64,000 nt of DNA. Origin: Candidatus Oxydemutatoraceae bacterium (GTDB lineage: Bacteria > Pseudomonadota > Gammaproteobacteria > Poriferisulfidales > Oxydemutatoraceae). Both the position numbers and the translations under genes were made by a program. This document shows positions 47,601-48,071 of the stretch, piece by piece. The DNA is taken from the NCBI GenBank assembly GCA_965220085.1, contig CBDCOZ010000003.1:1440001-1504000 (forward strand), given 5' to 3'. Under the pieces are notes generated by a model. It had not been told where the DNA came from and did not search any database. It worked only from the letters and a program-made list of their open reading frames with translations. Each line of letters opens with the position of its first letter. Positions within the stretch are counted from its first letter, which is position 1.

Positions 47601-48071
47601 GAATGCGGCGCCGAAGCGGTCGCTGCTATCGCCAATCGGGGTCCAGCCTTCGCCCGTCGTCCATGCCGCATTGGTGGCGCTGCTGGCATAACTGCCGGCA
47701 TCGTCAAAATCCAAATCGTTCATCAATTCATAACCGCTGCAACCGCCGCCGCCGCAACCCATGTTCGCATCGGGATTAGGAAACGCTTGTTCGTAACTTA
47801 CGGCGCTGCCGGTTGACGCCGTGCCGGCGCCGCGCAAATCCCAACGCACCGCATTGAGTTGCTCCAAATTACGAATGTCGATCAGGCCGTCGTCATCGCT
47901 GTCGTAATCGACAGCCGACGCCGATGCCGGCAACAGCAATGCGACAAAGACAAAGGACAGAACATGAGGACAACGGGCAGGCGGATACTGGGGGTTGGCG
48001 GGAGCGGCGCAACATTCCTTCGTGTCAGTATGTAAAATAAGTTCTCTCATGCGCATCTTAACTATGAGCAT
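2649..48071 (-). CDS. Giant (~15,100 aa) repetitive surface/adhesin-like protein: 19 GLUG-like beta-solenoid modules plus FN3, cadherin, cadherin-like beta-sandwich and He_PIG/Ig domains
   Basis: Stop-free frame of more than 45 kb. Signal-peptide-like VLSFVFVALLLPASASA precedes module 1. Recurring motifs: DYDxDDDGLIEI..LEQLNAxRWDLDGDG, GGLVG repeats, YWDFG...QYPALKxDFDxDG..W.EFGYQLR, cadherin PDFExPxDADxDNxY, FN3 W..P...G..I.DYDVQYR...W and YxxRVRAxN, He_PIG LPxWLxFD. The ORF-track start (48230) is probably too far upstream; likelier ATGs are 48071, 48056 or 48050. Confidence 0.93.
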   Translation of the reverse strand: MLIVKMRMRELILHTDTKECCAAPANPQYPPARCPHVLSFVFVALLLPASASAVDYDSDDDGLIDIRNLEQLNAVRWDLRGAGTASTGSAVSYEQAFPNPDANMGCGGGGCSGYELMNDLDFDDAGSYASSATNAAWTTGEGWTPIGDSSDRFGAAFNGNGHAISNLHIERDSNAPQGLFGALGADATVSNIGVDGEVHAGAATDNVGGLAGEMVGGGIIEKSYSSVSVRGNAAVGSLLGYNEQGTVRISYATGNTLANAETGGLVGKVHASAADSIIEHSYATGYVDATRGGDTKWGGGLLGHVGNVRLKYSYTTALIASAATNSGGLGGRNAGSAAFASVYWDTDTSDKTNAIGEGGSGGAIGNMTSELQLPVGYSGIYDDWDAADASGNVTDYWDFGDFDQYPVLQIDFNNNDRVGWEEFGYQLRRGPQDMAVSRGSTSRQLSWSTPDVSHWLPLPPTVAYRVYRDGSLMSGQSNLTTTIYTDTSVSINDDYVYHVAAVINGGEASRSTFVSSGVDYDSNENGLIEVSNLDQLNALRWDLDGDGIPATENASDYTAAFPDAPANMGCFADVCIGYELLNDLDFNAADSYAAGSAKMTEWTTGEGWLPIGDERSRTEFATVFNGNGHTIYNLRIDRRMSRSGLFGRLTGSAAIANVGVTGEITAPATDNRIGGLAGLAMEGATIERSYSAVSATAGSSVASLLGQLDQATVQTSYATGSVRALYERTTTVGGLVGRVSDNITNPSFITHSYATGRVSQGGGLVGYTGSAQVRYAYAAALLPLGAPEYGGGLHGSLGVRSGSSDAYWDIETSNRSNRVATRDMPQDDFGAAGKTTAELQSPTGYAGIYANWNLDGTDYWDFGTASQYPALKVDFNNDGEATWQEFGYQLREGPIGLSVTGTDARRRLSWQAPYTLYWGIEPVVTYAVYRAEGSASTPTEIVKLDQGMTAYADENAATGIDYTYYVAAIVNGGEASRSVAVSRSVDYDSDNDRLIEISNLNQLYAIRWDLDGNAIADSSDRDDDYSEAFPDAAFGRGCPTGIGCNGYELTADLDFNDAASYTGDVDEGWSAGEGGAGWTPIGSSAARFVARFNGNGHTIYNLFIERNANQQGLFGETGATTISNLGVTGSVTAGGNGMMDTGGVVGKTVGTTIEEVYSAAAVTGGNLRASPLAGWITGGGAVRRSYTTGDASAAHEPAGITGALQDGAVVEHVYATGYIGADGDGRSGGLFGWIGRSTVRYAYATAQIAADAANRGGIAGRNSNQVTAFDAVYWDSDTSDVSAGFGIVDGAEDTGDVTAKTTAELQGHQGYVGIYADWNAVDSAGNATDYWDFGRADEYPALKVDFNNDGAATWQEFGYQMREGPRLIAHGGGTSRTLRWAPPDLSHWPSDAPNLAIAYSVYRDDEALAKNITAQTYEDTGLTAGAAHTYRVAAVVNGGEASRVVLVSDATTIDYDSDDDGLIEISALEQLNAMRWDLDGNGSVISANQANYTAAFYNAADALGCPTPANPATVGGQPITECIGYELTRDLDFTDPRSYASGSVNPLWTEGTTGVSGWNPIGSDSSVSTRFRARFDGNGYAIHNLYISRIVNEQGLFGGIGSGAVLRNLGVSGRVSGELSSNEIGGLVAVNSGGTIEQSYSAVMAEGGGIGGSLLGRLDTGTVRASYATGGARLREQAGGLIGAVHRTLNTSTVEHVYATGHVDDAAGVVDSEKLGGLIGSLGKVQLKYGYSWVSLYPDRDETGSIGGVNPDTGAVFADVYWDSELSGYPLAVGTGSSAGTAGYATAELRTPTDYSGIYLSWDDDGSDYWDFGTTGQYPALKVDFNNDGEATWQEFGYQLRDGPGSVTVRPGDDDETVIIDWSAPDLSHWTHPPAITYRVYADSNTSAPAWLLTETEQTAHTYGASDPGPFSSVLRYQVVAVINGGEASQTITVAGTDYDADDDGLIEITTLEQLNAMRWDLNGDGADIPTQFEDRYLEAFDGAATGMGCPASTGCAGYELTRDLDFADAASYASGTTATTGWINNPDDNDDEAGWEPIGSDTARFTGTFNGNGNTIYNLYINREASDQGLFGVIDSAAIFNASVTGEVSGGDSSVNIGGLVGKLVAGTIEGGWSAVSVSGNQYVGALLGFHDGGTVQRSYASGNVLAHNLSGGLIGGVHDDAHTVITTVKHAYSTGFIDASHGGNTISSCVSSTVPCVGGFIGNLGRVRLAYTYNTGRILYHPTRRSGTLAGRAIANSDLSVNNVYPASEVVVNESSPVAAGTDVAARTHSIVILQAPTGYDGIYADWNADGIDSWDFGTALQYPALKIDTNGDGEDTWQEFGYQLREQPPALSATFDGESRVLSWTAPDTSYWPSTAPVSYTIYRIVRDGSSDEMLIAEGIEGTGYTDTDAGENLVGYLYTVAVVVNGGTAGWRSVEARLNDYDSDDDGLIEINSLEQLNAMRWDLDGNGIATEGNATSYTLAFVSAIDNMGCPDGNCTGYELVRNLGFNYRNSYDSLRINPEWTSGAGWEPIGDADNPFTATFEGNGNLISSLYINRNADSQGLFGSVSGATISTVGIAGSVTGANKIGGLVAELTGGATLAESYSLVSVRGGAAVGSLAGQLSGATVRASYAQGRTLASAETGGLIGKIVASASNIVEHTYASGSVSPTLPGDMKWGGGLIGALANVELSYSYATGLIAPAATNSGGVGGYHDSEDAAYTDVYWDASTSGKSEKGDGVGEGSVEDGITNLPTAELQEPEDYDEIYASWNEPDGNGDATTDYWDFGTSEQYPALKVDFDNDADTSVTWEGFGYQLREWSADLKVSANSNRHRVLVWDAPDISTWLRFGPTLTYAIYRDNAYLASVPEDLTYTDATADPDTEYTYQVAVGSDGSEALRSDLVTSEPTQDYDQNNDGLIEITTLEQLNAIRYDLDGDGSAVSQNTQLYDAAFPGAPPGMGCPSDSSGGCTGYELSNDLDFRLATSYASGAVNADWSEGSTSGGWAPLASGGGRFTATFNGNGRTVHNLHIDRDDSGQSLFGIIGSGAVITNIGVTGAVSAGASDSLTGGLVSQMIGSAMIANSYSTVAVAGNTAAGSLLGRLVQGTVQTSYATGNVSASEAGGLIGKVNDIGNAIAEHVYATGYVSARAGASARTLGGLIGDVGRVQLRYAYSAAIADGGIGGNDLSAGGLFAAVYWDTEISGQSNALGSAPAVAGAAGLTTAALQAPTTYAGIYAEWNPDENDYWDFGAADQYPALKIDFDNDGTASWEEFGYQLREGPRDLAVDGVGDSRTLTWTAPDVSAWPDNPPTIAYNIYRDDELLVAEPTTATSYDDANAVVYAEHTYRVAAVVNGGEASRSRFISAPRSYDRNNNGLIEISTLEQLYAVRWDLDGDGAVSDTDRPDYRIAFVGSSPGMGCVNNACTGYELMGDLDFNDSASYASGSVSTAWTSGSGWEPLGGTAERFTATFNGNGYTVYNLHIDRNENGQGLFGAIGSGAAVSNIGVSGRISASDTAAAETQNYGGLIGDMSGGVIENNYSAVSLEAIRADSVGSLVGVIDDGTIRTSYATGNVFAAFTGGGLVGKGGDNPNSEIVIEHTYATGYMDVTENESKQWFGGLFGNLSSQRSGNSGSLRLRYSYSTAQISPAAVESGGIGGRNADANATFTAVYWDSGTSAKSDAVGTGTSAGISSRNTAALRLPRNYSGIYADWDTDENDYWDFGAAAEYPALKADFDGDGEATWQEFGYQLRQAPTLAVRGASETRVLTWNAPDTSRWSSSALPTITYAIYRSDAASDTDTVVVSNTAATTYADTAAVAAAEYTYRLAAVVNGGEAARSVFVSARRDYDSDDDGLIEIESLRQLNALRWDLDGDGSPAADNESDYTSAFYDAVSGMGCPTVGGCSGYELSRNLDFTDASSYAAGNIDAAWTSGDGWLPLGDDTTEFTTTFDGNGYVIYNLYINRNSDKQGLFGVVGAGAAIGNIGLTGSVSGDDGDRIGALAGELSGTDSTIEGVWSSAAVAGDEYVGGLVGYVDQGTVTASYATGEVTGDAAVGGLVGAAPTTTTAVIEHSYATGYVTPFGDDAKWGGGLIGSAGGAEINYSYARAWIDPAGGESGGVVGTVAAGDSPAFDAVYWDRGISGKDSAIGAGVAAGITAQTSAELQAPEDYSGIYGDWNANDGAGNATDYWDFGTTSQYPALKIDFNNDSTASWQEFGYQLRTAPTLSVTSVETRRELIWPAPDISHWSPAPVVTYKAYRIEDSSQATLIASDLIGTSYVDLARLDASRQTYRVATVINGGEASRSTAVVPLIDYDADNNSLIEIRNLNQLYAIRWDLDGNGIAASTATDMYTLAFPSPARDMGCPADNDGCIGYELTGDLDFNDPADYAGGSMATYVMTIGPDIAAGWQPLGQSSDPFTATFDGRGYEIRNLYINRSSPDQGLFGVISYGGEIYNLGITGSIAYTGSGSADMRNNIGGLVGKLTGGEIVDSYSTVSVSGINNVGSLIGYVTEGTLERSYATGNVSAESVAGGLVGAVVDESNIYLVMIHTYATGYLSLARNVADRRWAGGLIGDLGQAYITYSYSTAWLDLDALQSGGIGGNSNPGVTSSDVYWDILTSGRLGAVSTGRLTGVSGRTTSELQTPTGYSGIYANWAMDTYNNPVDYWDFGTASQYPALKVDFNDDGTASWEEFGYQLREAPALNVTDTGTSRILSWSAPDTSFWPDAPALTYRVYRTPIAINQQTGETTTREQGTTLIETDSTRTSYTDSDTVTGQVAYRVAAVINGGEASHSNRVTVPEIDYDSDDDGLIEIENLLQLNAVRWDVDGDGNASNPLDYDAAFPSAVAGMGCPANTCSGYELMRDLDFDAFQNETWTSGRGWQPIGGGQDAFSAMFDGNGYSVYGLHIERNADYQGLFGRIIDGATIANLGVTGRVRGGQEADQIGGLVGAIIGSGRVEGSYSTVAAEGRKLVGSLVGYNQQGTVSVSYATGNTYADEQTGGLIGGIHHGLPNSNVEHVYATGYVDATRGGNRRHAGGLVGYGGRLQLKYSYATALIAADAALSGGIAGRVNPRSAFIAVYWDTETSGKTNVIGSGYATGNGHTSSELQMPTTATGSIYLDWNDGGTADHWNYGRSDQYPVLQRDTDGDGTAQDWTEFGYQLRETPTLTLTPGDPILLSWSAVDTSAWDAPPVVTYAIYEQAENGATNVTPGAEGTTALVRAGPDFAAYSVAAVVNGGEAARSARIAVGGDYDIDDDGLIEIRNLEQLDAMRFDPNGDGEVAADDLAKYAAAFRFAADNMGCPAPAQQGAPHCLGYELTRDLDFNDAASYDAGTVNKAFTEGEGWTPIGDSTTNFTTTFNGNGHMISGLYIERDMPNQGLFGVVGAGATVSNIAVTGEMRGVIPTGSIVSNSDSMGGLVGSLTGATVEKSWSAVTVRGNRRIGSLVGSVDEGGTVRTSYATGNIPGNFELGGLIGRTGDVGDDNTVEHVYATGHVYVGDENASIKGRLGGLIGYAGTVGLQYAYATALVGQAGVYSGLVAAQNDATLTAVYWDTRTSNIAGGSEGSAVGLTSAALQLPTGYGGIYADWDADGNDYWDFGITGEYPVLKVDFDNSAVTSWQEFGHQLRTGPTDVTVTDTGTSNLLSWTAPDISHWTPSPVVSYTIYRISDAANPTAIASGITETTYSDTGAIAGTAYTYGIAAVIDGGEAARATVRFPNNDARLRYLRLSRGVLQPRFDPEVIGYTAEVLAGTTAIEVTAEVADSNATVAVTGISATSPTTVATVAEIAATGTAIIANRSVYRVSGLSDGAANVITITVTAADRTTTQRYEITTDYVEPIDYDRDDDNLIEISNLDQLDLIRWDPDGDGISRASTTVVMMTFPNAADNMGCADDCFGYELAKDLDFDDGTSYAGGRPDRGWSRHEGGVGWMPIGDRQRYLRAPFDGNGFEIRNLHINRADDNPDDLSYYGLFGRVWDEPAIISNVGVTGTINASTDSSVGGLIGRDSASQIRNSFARVKVSGGEHVGGLVGRSRDAGCNIRTSYAALEFSPSEHETEYVGGLAGDCDIGFEITAQHAYGSGRINVPAAAVAGGLFGRINADVTVRYGYSRAVVADGGGRIGGLIGVIQSAAQNITGSSYWDRNLSDADASIGRYADSGNPRNDKVAPVTTRELQAPTAYAGLYADWDDDGATDYWDFGDSDEYPVLKIDFDGDNEASWEEFGYQLRALPELTVSGFGNLRFLSWTAVDTSAWTPPPAISYRAYRGLPRTGMASMLPLATAVEALSHIDTAASADTHVYQIAVLIDGIEVGASARVEFPPRQGDYDRDDDGLIEIGNLEQLDAIRYDPDGDGMVASTAAATYALAFPDAIAGMGCVGGCDGYELTGDLDFEDATDYASGSISASPLLADGETRVQWEPLSGGADGITAVFNGNGHTIYNLLIDGDFPRRGLFSRTGATTISNLGVTGEITDAGRNSGGVIGIADGTVIEDAYSAANIRASTDSVASLIGHMEGGELRRSYATGFAQADAGVVGRLVGRAAANAVIEHVYATGYVWAMAGAAGGLVGAIEDMTLRAAYATAQMFPAPEIGGIGGANSDSESAQFGAVYWDTDVGGADTAFGVGDFAGDSGAVSGKTSSELQTPTGYSGIYADWNEDANGNPADYWDFGDSGQYPALKTDFNNDGITSWQEFGYQLREGPVDAIATGRGSPRTLSWDAPDTSHWDPAPPVSYHVYRDGLLHKRDIPTTTANDVSSVVMDANYTYAIAAIINGAEVTRSTVQSPSDDATLSNLSVSAVTDLSVPAGTLHPAFDPSVMRYGLLLDTPPSGVTATEVTLTATASHPGARVSIGGAGLAIDGTRISELAYDGGEIRITVTPEHASADTRVYALATISRTVISGRNTLDYEENRDARIEQFTTGKAGVFTLSGTDAALFNINEDGELFFNDPPDHEMPLDADGNNDYVLMVIFNQGRLDEEMTAVSVDVTDQDPETPMRPDAPTAGAIEWDRAALSWDAPPSGDSAITDYDVQYRLLGASAWTEFAFASAATATTVTGLDPFAAYRFRVRAGNAAGEGPWSRPLGVTTSKYGELTLTGPATAEIAEGSAARPTQIGAYAVGNLIAQCGGADDVRLGLVADHLDAQFFAFDGGILTFPTSAADYERPADGDSDNVYRAVLRATADVCEADFPIAVTITDDIEPPAAPAAPTITVDSEVNLAVSWSAPANDGPVISDYDVQYRAATTADWTDWTHDGADLTATVVAPMFNTRYAARVRARNDEGDSEWSPATFATVAAYDLSVSGGMADPSVAEFSAASKPPFDLRFAVDNPDPRCVSVTFKLASADGAHFDIDPTSGAVDLPAALDHEMPLDADGDNDYEITAVAASSDGACRGEGSVVLTVTDVAEPPLKPRLRALTATASAIHALWRDPDNSAPPITGYEAEYRASAGTDWLSWEHATTMRAATITGLETDTAYQVRVRASNDEGDSAWSEIADVRTQTATGPTAPNLIPARTLLLADSETLDITPYFEHPQGSALTHSARSEDEDVATASIVANSRVIITPIAAGETYIELTVNDGDTDLIHLIDVTVAPNLMISGDADVTADEGSAAFRAVYAANKDGVSWSLGGADENDFELDARGILRFVSAPDFEAPADADSNNVYEVTIMAESAAPAQTAMHQVGVTVIDINEAPAMPSVGDQLALAGSDFEYVFGAATDPDAGNTVSYAATLTDDSNLPAWLSFDSAARAFAGAPPIAHRGDDFNIKVIASDDATPPLSSPPATFVLRVRQDYDGDDDGLIDIGFLEQLHAVRHDTDGDGNVAAGDQDAYASAFPGAAPGMGCPADSGCVGYELIADLDFEDAAAYASGDISTSPLLSPGATAVNWTPLGDSADDMFAATFDGGGHTIYNLYLERAGHQRALFGQTAGATISNLGVTGSVTASGIDVDDAAGLVGRANNTTIDGVYSAVEVSGGRLRASPLVGIMVDGGVVRRSYSTGGASVGQEPAGIVGAIGGNTIAEHVYATGYIGDGGDGRAGGLFGWIGPSTIRYAYATALIASAATERGGVAGHNAAQTTAVNAVYWDTDTSAVDAAYGGIAGSVEAVGPVAKTSAELQTPTGYDGIYADWDANDSAGNATDYWDFGRPDQYPALRVDFDGDGTTTWEEFGYQLREGPRNLTAVGSDTTRVLTWEAPTTSHWPDAPPTIAYAVYRDGAAIAAAANMTDTTYADTVTANADHSYHVAAIVNGGEATRSVTSSPSADTSLRALSFDRGLMLPEFYPGIRSYAVGLDADVTAVEITAAALHPAATIAFDGMTADGAALTLSGSAGTRSITGLATAGNTARVTVTPEKAGADSGVYTIALVFRSVFSGDRTADYDENGTAAVAQYATDARVDGWSLGGVDGALFAISTGGEVTFDTPPNFESPGDADGNNTYELTVILNEGRADSTSATVTVTVLDVNPEPPNRVSAPTAEAIGWDRVALSWDAPPDDDGQATATAYGIERQALGASGWVGAGLSAGPTATVTGLDPLTEYRFRVRGINAQGEGPWSQPVRAQTLRYPSLTLDGPTTAMVAEADTGAAMDIGTYAVGNFIAQCDDVTISLVEEYDHGFFAFDAATGVLRFPSSPLNYEQPGNFVGDNIYRAQLRASSQACEPAETIVAVTLADSAEPPAAPVVSLLRAAANASLRAEWTAASPNGGPPVNDYDVQYRAVGAAEWTDWTHVGAGLMTEINASLRFNARHEVRVRAANDEGAGAWSPARAVRTPVRRLALEGDQALTAIESTTEGFMRNRFFVNPPAPCTDIIFGLAGADAGHFTIDPQSGVLGTHLPEFDYEAPLDADGDNTYDVIITFASSDNSCRGAHNFPVTIRDRDEPPSAPAAPQVSPASESGIYVLWREPANKGPALGAYDVQYRNSADTQWIDGPSPATPSAVIAGLEPDTEYQARARARNAEGRSAWSEEGNGRTQTAGGVVLVSPAPAQSLYVGGPEVALDVAQYFMRSTGSLSFAATSDDDDIATAEIMSTSTLSIAPVAAGETYARLTASAGGGELTHAVAVTVRPALAVVGATTRTTAENNDAFAAAYATTAEGATFSLTGDDAAAFVIDAARGILGFAAAPDFENPTDSDNDNVYRVTVTATADGMSAALEAAVTVTNANDAPPPPIIADRDILTEEAFEHVFDEAVDADGDTVSYMASLTNDDNLPTWMTFDAAARAFGGTPPATAAGDIHIKVIATDDAVPPLSSETRFVLRLRHDYDTDDDGLLEITRLEQLNAIRWDRNGDGNVASDDEADYLAPHAFIGHRSDSCPSNNCMGYELMRDLDFNDPDSYGSGTTNTEWTSGEGWSPLGATADKLTATFVGNGHTIYNLHISRDADNLSLFGHTGTDMNISKLGITGSVTATGASNDNIGGLVGMTQDDTVIEEVYSAVSVRTEGEYASPLAGRMTDDNSVLRSYASGNASAGRSPGGIVGFANGGAGSHFVLIYHSYATGHMGAAGDRRAGGLLGEVDTASVRYSYSTAQIDAAAIERGGIAGLNVPTQTVEWRAIYWDRDTSAIADANAHFGSGPLESAGGVASRTTTELQTPTGYAGIYQTWNVDGDGNPADYWDFGDSGQYPALKVDFNDDGKVSWQEFGYQLRAGPVNAVAVGAGTTRTLSWEPPDVSHWDALSASDLRYSVYRDGRPLPGGIDIAERTYRDDTATADAEHTYRIAALVNGGEAVRSLALSPSDNVTLSGLVFSPGVLAPAFDSETRRYSLVLEAGVTEVTVNAEPLHPAAPITISGTDNDGAALEIGGANNDIVRGLTSGQSNAIVISVASEKAGAATSEYEVETIYRVGIIGDSQPRYPENRTAEVARYGSPGKTGAWTIAGADSARFAIAANGGLSFNEPPNFEAPQDDNGDNAYELTVVFNAGELDEASLAVTVTVTDESPEPPQAVTGLRATDIGPNQAELEWTMPPDDGGDVTVTGYDVQYRRGGASAWTDFDHSGTATTATVTGLELFAAYEFRVRGASGAGAGAWSQILAVMTTKLALQVSGAATIALSEADAVANAGIGAYAVVDPPAQCGDAPLRLSGADAALFRVDAGTLRLSSRLDYERPTDADANNAYRLTVVAATSACEGALAVSVTITDAIGERPAAPPAPTVMPNHAEGSLLVSWTEPTNHGPTIGDYDLEYRAAGSADWIDWAIASTLTTTVPNLQFNARYEVRIRASNGDGLGDWSESGSGLIEQYVLQLGGAAAITLIESDAFVAQSYGVTNPDDRCLPISFGLSGEDAARFVIDPQSGELNAATQPDYETPRDADANNVYRFVVDAAASDGACAGSLAVSVTVENDAAEAPDAPAAPRLATATDDSLYVLWRKPSGATSPIVDYDVEYRLATDTDWSDLPHSGLATTATIAGLEPDTEYQARVRAVSESNSDWSPAANGRTQVTGGIMTTALIPRQFLHVGGPAATLDVTPYFAHSTASLSFAVLSEDDAIATATISSDTGMLRISPQAEGDVYVGLMVGGADQTTLAHPVDVRVSPELLISGAAAAAVAENTVDTGEAYAATVAGARFTLGGADASSFEIDASGALPLRFVTAPDFEAPADADSDNVYRVTIMAASTMPAQSAELAVEVMVTDANDAPSAPTVSEQAAFVGLDFEYAFAAPDDPDGDTLSYAALLDDGSSLPSWLSFGVIGQTPAFSGVPQAANSGDDIVIRVVVSDDGTPPLTSEATFALKVRRDHDSDDDGLLEVHTLEQLSAMRLDPNGDGVYDSAAGGSNDYIEAFSDSDDVANRGCPSACVGYELMRDLDFNDDDSYGDLDNKSAWTIGAGWTGIGSNSSRFSTTFDGNGHTIYNLYVNRVANLQGLFGVVGSDGVISNLGVTGSVSLGGSSERVGGIAGELAGGTIEKSYSSVMTEGNKLVGSLLGINERGLLQLSYATGNVEANSEAGGLSGGVHYNQTGSRVEHAYATGFVNPTRGGAMKWGGGLIGYLGRVQLKYAYSVALVHPAANLSGGLGGENPGQGAAFDAVYWNTETSGKTNATGGGSGAGITARTSAELRAPTSYAGIYADWNPNDDDGNPTDYWDFGSATEYPALKIDFDGDGAASWQEFGYQVRSAPAVTINGTGGVRTLTWTAVDAGRWDAARQPTVTYAIYRDGAPLVDSVTGLTYADTTAVAGAAYDYQVGAIIDGGTAAISRESASPNDDATLAALSSPAGELSPAFDPTVSAYGMRVSNNLLRVTIVPTPTDADASVVLTAVAADGVTTLPVSGNTVSGLQAGDNTVTITVTAEDGTTTQVYAVAVTRLARIAGTQATTINYPENSEAVVDTYSVEGMTGTWSLAGADSNQLSINSAGELTFNAPPDFENPRSALGNNLYRITVVFDTDRGEADIIIIVTDVMNETPSQPAPPTFADETAASVTANWRLPPGSVAGDITGYGLEYRLAGASDWIDAGHAGTAPTLTVSNLEINSAYEFRVRASNDDGFGPWSMAARAMTLKRTLNLSGSNVADTVAEGMSATPAPVGAYGVTGDTAGCGAITLSLAAGMDSAWFALSADGALSFPSAALDYERPADADGDNNYRATLNANSDNCRGSLVVTVALSDDLEPPLAPAALALTARAGELDVRWTAPANDGRPDIIRYDVEYRLQDAADWSDSEHSATTRVTTIADLMFDALYDVRVRAANDEGMSDWSAPASARTLKYVFQFDGNFALTSAEGVIPPAQTYGIANPDARCGDTRLTLGGDDIPYFALTAATATGIVTHTGPLPNYEAPADANADNAYELTLTASNDADTCGATEAITLTIEDTDEAPPTPQAPRVLGATAATAVLVMWRLPVNDGPQISDRIAASEAEFRLAGDANWTPHNLSADNAVDVTPASPHAGGVVVTEISGLSADAEYEARVRLTNAEGSSDWSPVGRGRSQLTTATVAVGLAIPSQLLAANGADLDLDAEPYFARGPGSATLTFAAESEDTNIATAASSGSAVTLTPIAEGETYVRVTGGAPDSPELARLLSVTVLPELMIAGPAQADVAENTTATGLRYAASPADVVWSLAGDDQARFVIDRRGVLSFADAPDYEAPADSDTDNIYEIILQAAAAAQTTATLAARLTVTDVNEPPALAALADQTAVVGKTFAYEIPAALDPEGDTVEYAARLGDDSVLPAWLVFDDATRTLRGVPPLTAAGDATVKVVASDGALRSEATFALTISVDYDFDGDGLIEVAVLEQLNAMRWDLDGDGKPAAGAQAHYAEAFPAALADDMGCPTGSGCVGYELTRNLDFNDPADYGGAAANMSGWTSGEGWERIGRISSDADSFSAVFDGNGHTIYNLHINRSDVGVDGYGLFGSIANEIRNLGITGALTFSGAGQNFGALSGRTACAEGAVIAPPTAIKRVYSLASISHTTGFSQLSRVGGLVGWHCAGPINHSYTAARVGFNQGVGGIVGVSEATSAVIKGRLNHVYSAGRIQGRGRAIGGLIGRAVLLTEVRSAYSRAIVFSDASPLVRTGGFIGWDQNLSDSNVFENGNYWDIDVSGMTVALSDNPGIVGQTTAELQLPTDYAGIYAEWNREADGNSDSWDFGSAQQYPALKIDFDGNSEATWQEFGYQLREKVPGIAVVGAGTTRTLSWGPADTSAWNSPPAITYAVYRDQTLVTTVTDKTSFTDTGATASAQYEYSVSAGAYGGHSVHSDVVVSPSNNANAVAVSIAAPATALTPAFDSAVFEYAATVAMETEAVTLAAEFEHPNATARLRGTAATGDALQVDNLTVSGLALGVNTIVLSALAEDAMTTTVYTLRITRESQISGDARRLYPENTSAAVATYGTSGGTGTWSVSGSDSALFNIEQDGTLFFNDSPDYETPADANTDNIYNVRVVFTPASGTAQELNVLVVVSDTDEPPLPPSAPTVTSDSPSSIVINWGAPINTGRPPLTGYDVEYSDGIATTATANTDNNTLELAVSTNIKAGTTYRARVRAKNDEGAGGWSGFGEGRTQQIALDISGLTAFTTTETNTVVGTLYAVTGYSAACGSGDIEFSAHGIDGGLFNVIEVMHASPGTTVALQFVDAPNYEVPLDSGGDNTYDVTIRAANPSGGCVGTLPVEITVDDVIERPTTATAPMVTAASSDSLLARWEPPLNEGPPITHYDVQYRQSTPSEWIPLSTTPTEPSVIINQDTISSGTLAENTSYQARVRANSDEGIGGWSPPGTGRTAETDALRVTQLLPDLDLLLGAVPAPIVLDDYFETGATGGLTFGASSDDSAVATAVVNVNDRLIVTAVAVGTASIRVTAEDADDRVAEQSFDVTVSEPFVLSEANGLSAVNVAENTVATGLVFSVPESFTADLMLTGADASAFAINNDGELSFVTAPDFEAPVDADGDNTYELTVTAESRTDAQEDDETVTVTVTNVNEAPAASDEPERVLVAGHPVSFAIAAATDPEGSALTYAATTLPDWLTFAADTRTFAGDSQAGDIGVTSIIVTVSDDGTPPQSAQINISLRLVAGHDTDGDRLIEVTTLEQLDAIRHDLDGDGEADRADDAASYEAAFPDITAIGDVCAAAGCSGYELTRSLNFETAADYASGAVNSAWAQSGGGEGWLPIASTGTFAATFEGNGNVISDLYISRGAQDDVGLFGNINAASELRNIGVEGHVEGNRNTGALVGVSAGRLSAAYAAATVTGNTYSGGLVGSNAGSVTVGYALGAVAGRGGNIGGLAGYSAGGQVSYSYASSFVNARFSYAGGLIGYLGSTTAVRYSYASSAVTGNTSSPMAVNRDAGGFVGFLFGGSNITHSYWDSGAAGLDASAGSPVGSVSGVTGHSGDILRQPTAYELIYEPWDDDGIDVWDFGSAQQYPALKADFDNDNTATWQEFGLQLREAPTLVVVGSGASRALTWSTSPANSARATNLSYAVYRDGESIASGQTPAAPGDSEATYADSGATDGAAHNYQVAVVADGFERIRSAQFASPDSRATLADLSLDSGRLEPAFDSDTAEYVAQVGVTEANITAVTTAEGATVRILKDEVEIIGARVTLSVGVSKVTVEVTSEDGANTREYVINVISLPELIPADQMAEIAENSTGTIGQRYDFAGSAASFEIVSWSLEGEDARFFALTELDRIALQQPQDYETPQDADDNGVYELTVVAVLRDTLERLEAGRTFEVRLSATVTITNAAEPPDAPGSVAAQPSGDGTLLVTWTEPDTADRPNVSGYAVEYRRSGESDWRLHGAGMAGAPAIIANLVAGAGYDVRVRADNSEGEGKWSAPTQTRTDNFALTVDGAASSTATENMRTIAADAYRIGAHSASLCGDIGFSLGGVDRRLFEIDAASGRLMFADAPDFERPQDEGADGTHEIMIMAADSNGGCSGELAVTVTLVDDDTEAPGTPAAPTVAGAGPTEVEVRWNAPENQGPAIDDYDVEYRNSTDTNWTEWPHTGAGENARITGLTADTEYAARVRATNAEGTGDWSDAGTGQTLSARAPRFGTLLEDVRILQGGSETISIADSFTDPTNNGLTYSVASASTDVVSATLEGTDMARLEAHQQSTAAVVITVTATNQDGETGRQQFEVSIVNILRVDGPRAITVAENTADTGIFYATPGIDGATFGIAGTDSAVFGIDANSGRLSLAGDGLNFEAEGRAPVYEVIVTATSQDPAQSAELNVTLTVTDVNEAPQLPALSPISVTANTEMLDYQIPPAVDPDAGDTEETLAYSAALPGGGILEGTWVTFDPETRTFGGRPDDDDVGDTEIVVTVTDSGGLTDTDAFIIEVSEDERVAPTTPTFASSTATQNTITVTWPAPFDGGADITGYELQYCLASDCDEANDWMPVTLSANLALTATIAGLTIETAYKARVRAANVRGVSAWSAELPVATQPAIRLVITGDQAPEVPTTDTAVGRYQYHVSGMNPGDPVPAECSDVEFHRIGLGAHNFKIDSDGNLSFTGSQPTPEFIVSPGQYMVRLGLANSGETCLTADEFPVTVTVADNRNPPSAPQNVTATPTATSIDVTWQIPAADPMRRVPARDYRLFICSGPDVATCDQDSDNAMMVEKRVTATKYTFGDLIPETAYGIGVQARGERGTGQESLYGDWAYVTTTTEVSADFMVIINDPLGNTPLDRVAVTPPETFVATVGLLNTGTCADDNFVFAVVNDDGEQENTLFAVKEQDGTFNLAFKAAPEPNQMHRVRVSATDGAQCESTSGTISIEVGGTAGIRLRLRIFLEGPLR
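4000..29183 (-). repeat. Intragenic ~4.4 kb super-repeats (solenoid module + cadherin/FN3/Ig/He_PIG stalk)
   Basis: Module starts at about 29183, 24806, 20426, 16028, 11624 and 7781 (spacings 4377, 4380, 4398, 4404, 3843 bp). The left boundary is approximate. Confidence 0.85.
29183..47909 (-). repeat. Intragenic ~1.4 kb tandem module repeats (starts of modules 1-14)
   Basis: DYD motif starts at about 47909, 46517, 45116, 43712, 42260, 40802, 39401, 38030, 36599, 35204, 33740, 32396, 30629 and 29183. Confidence 0.9.
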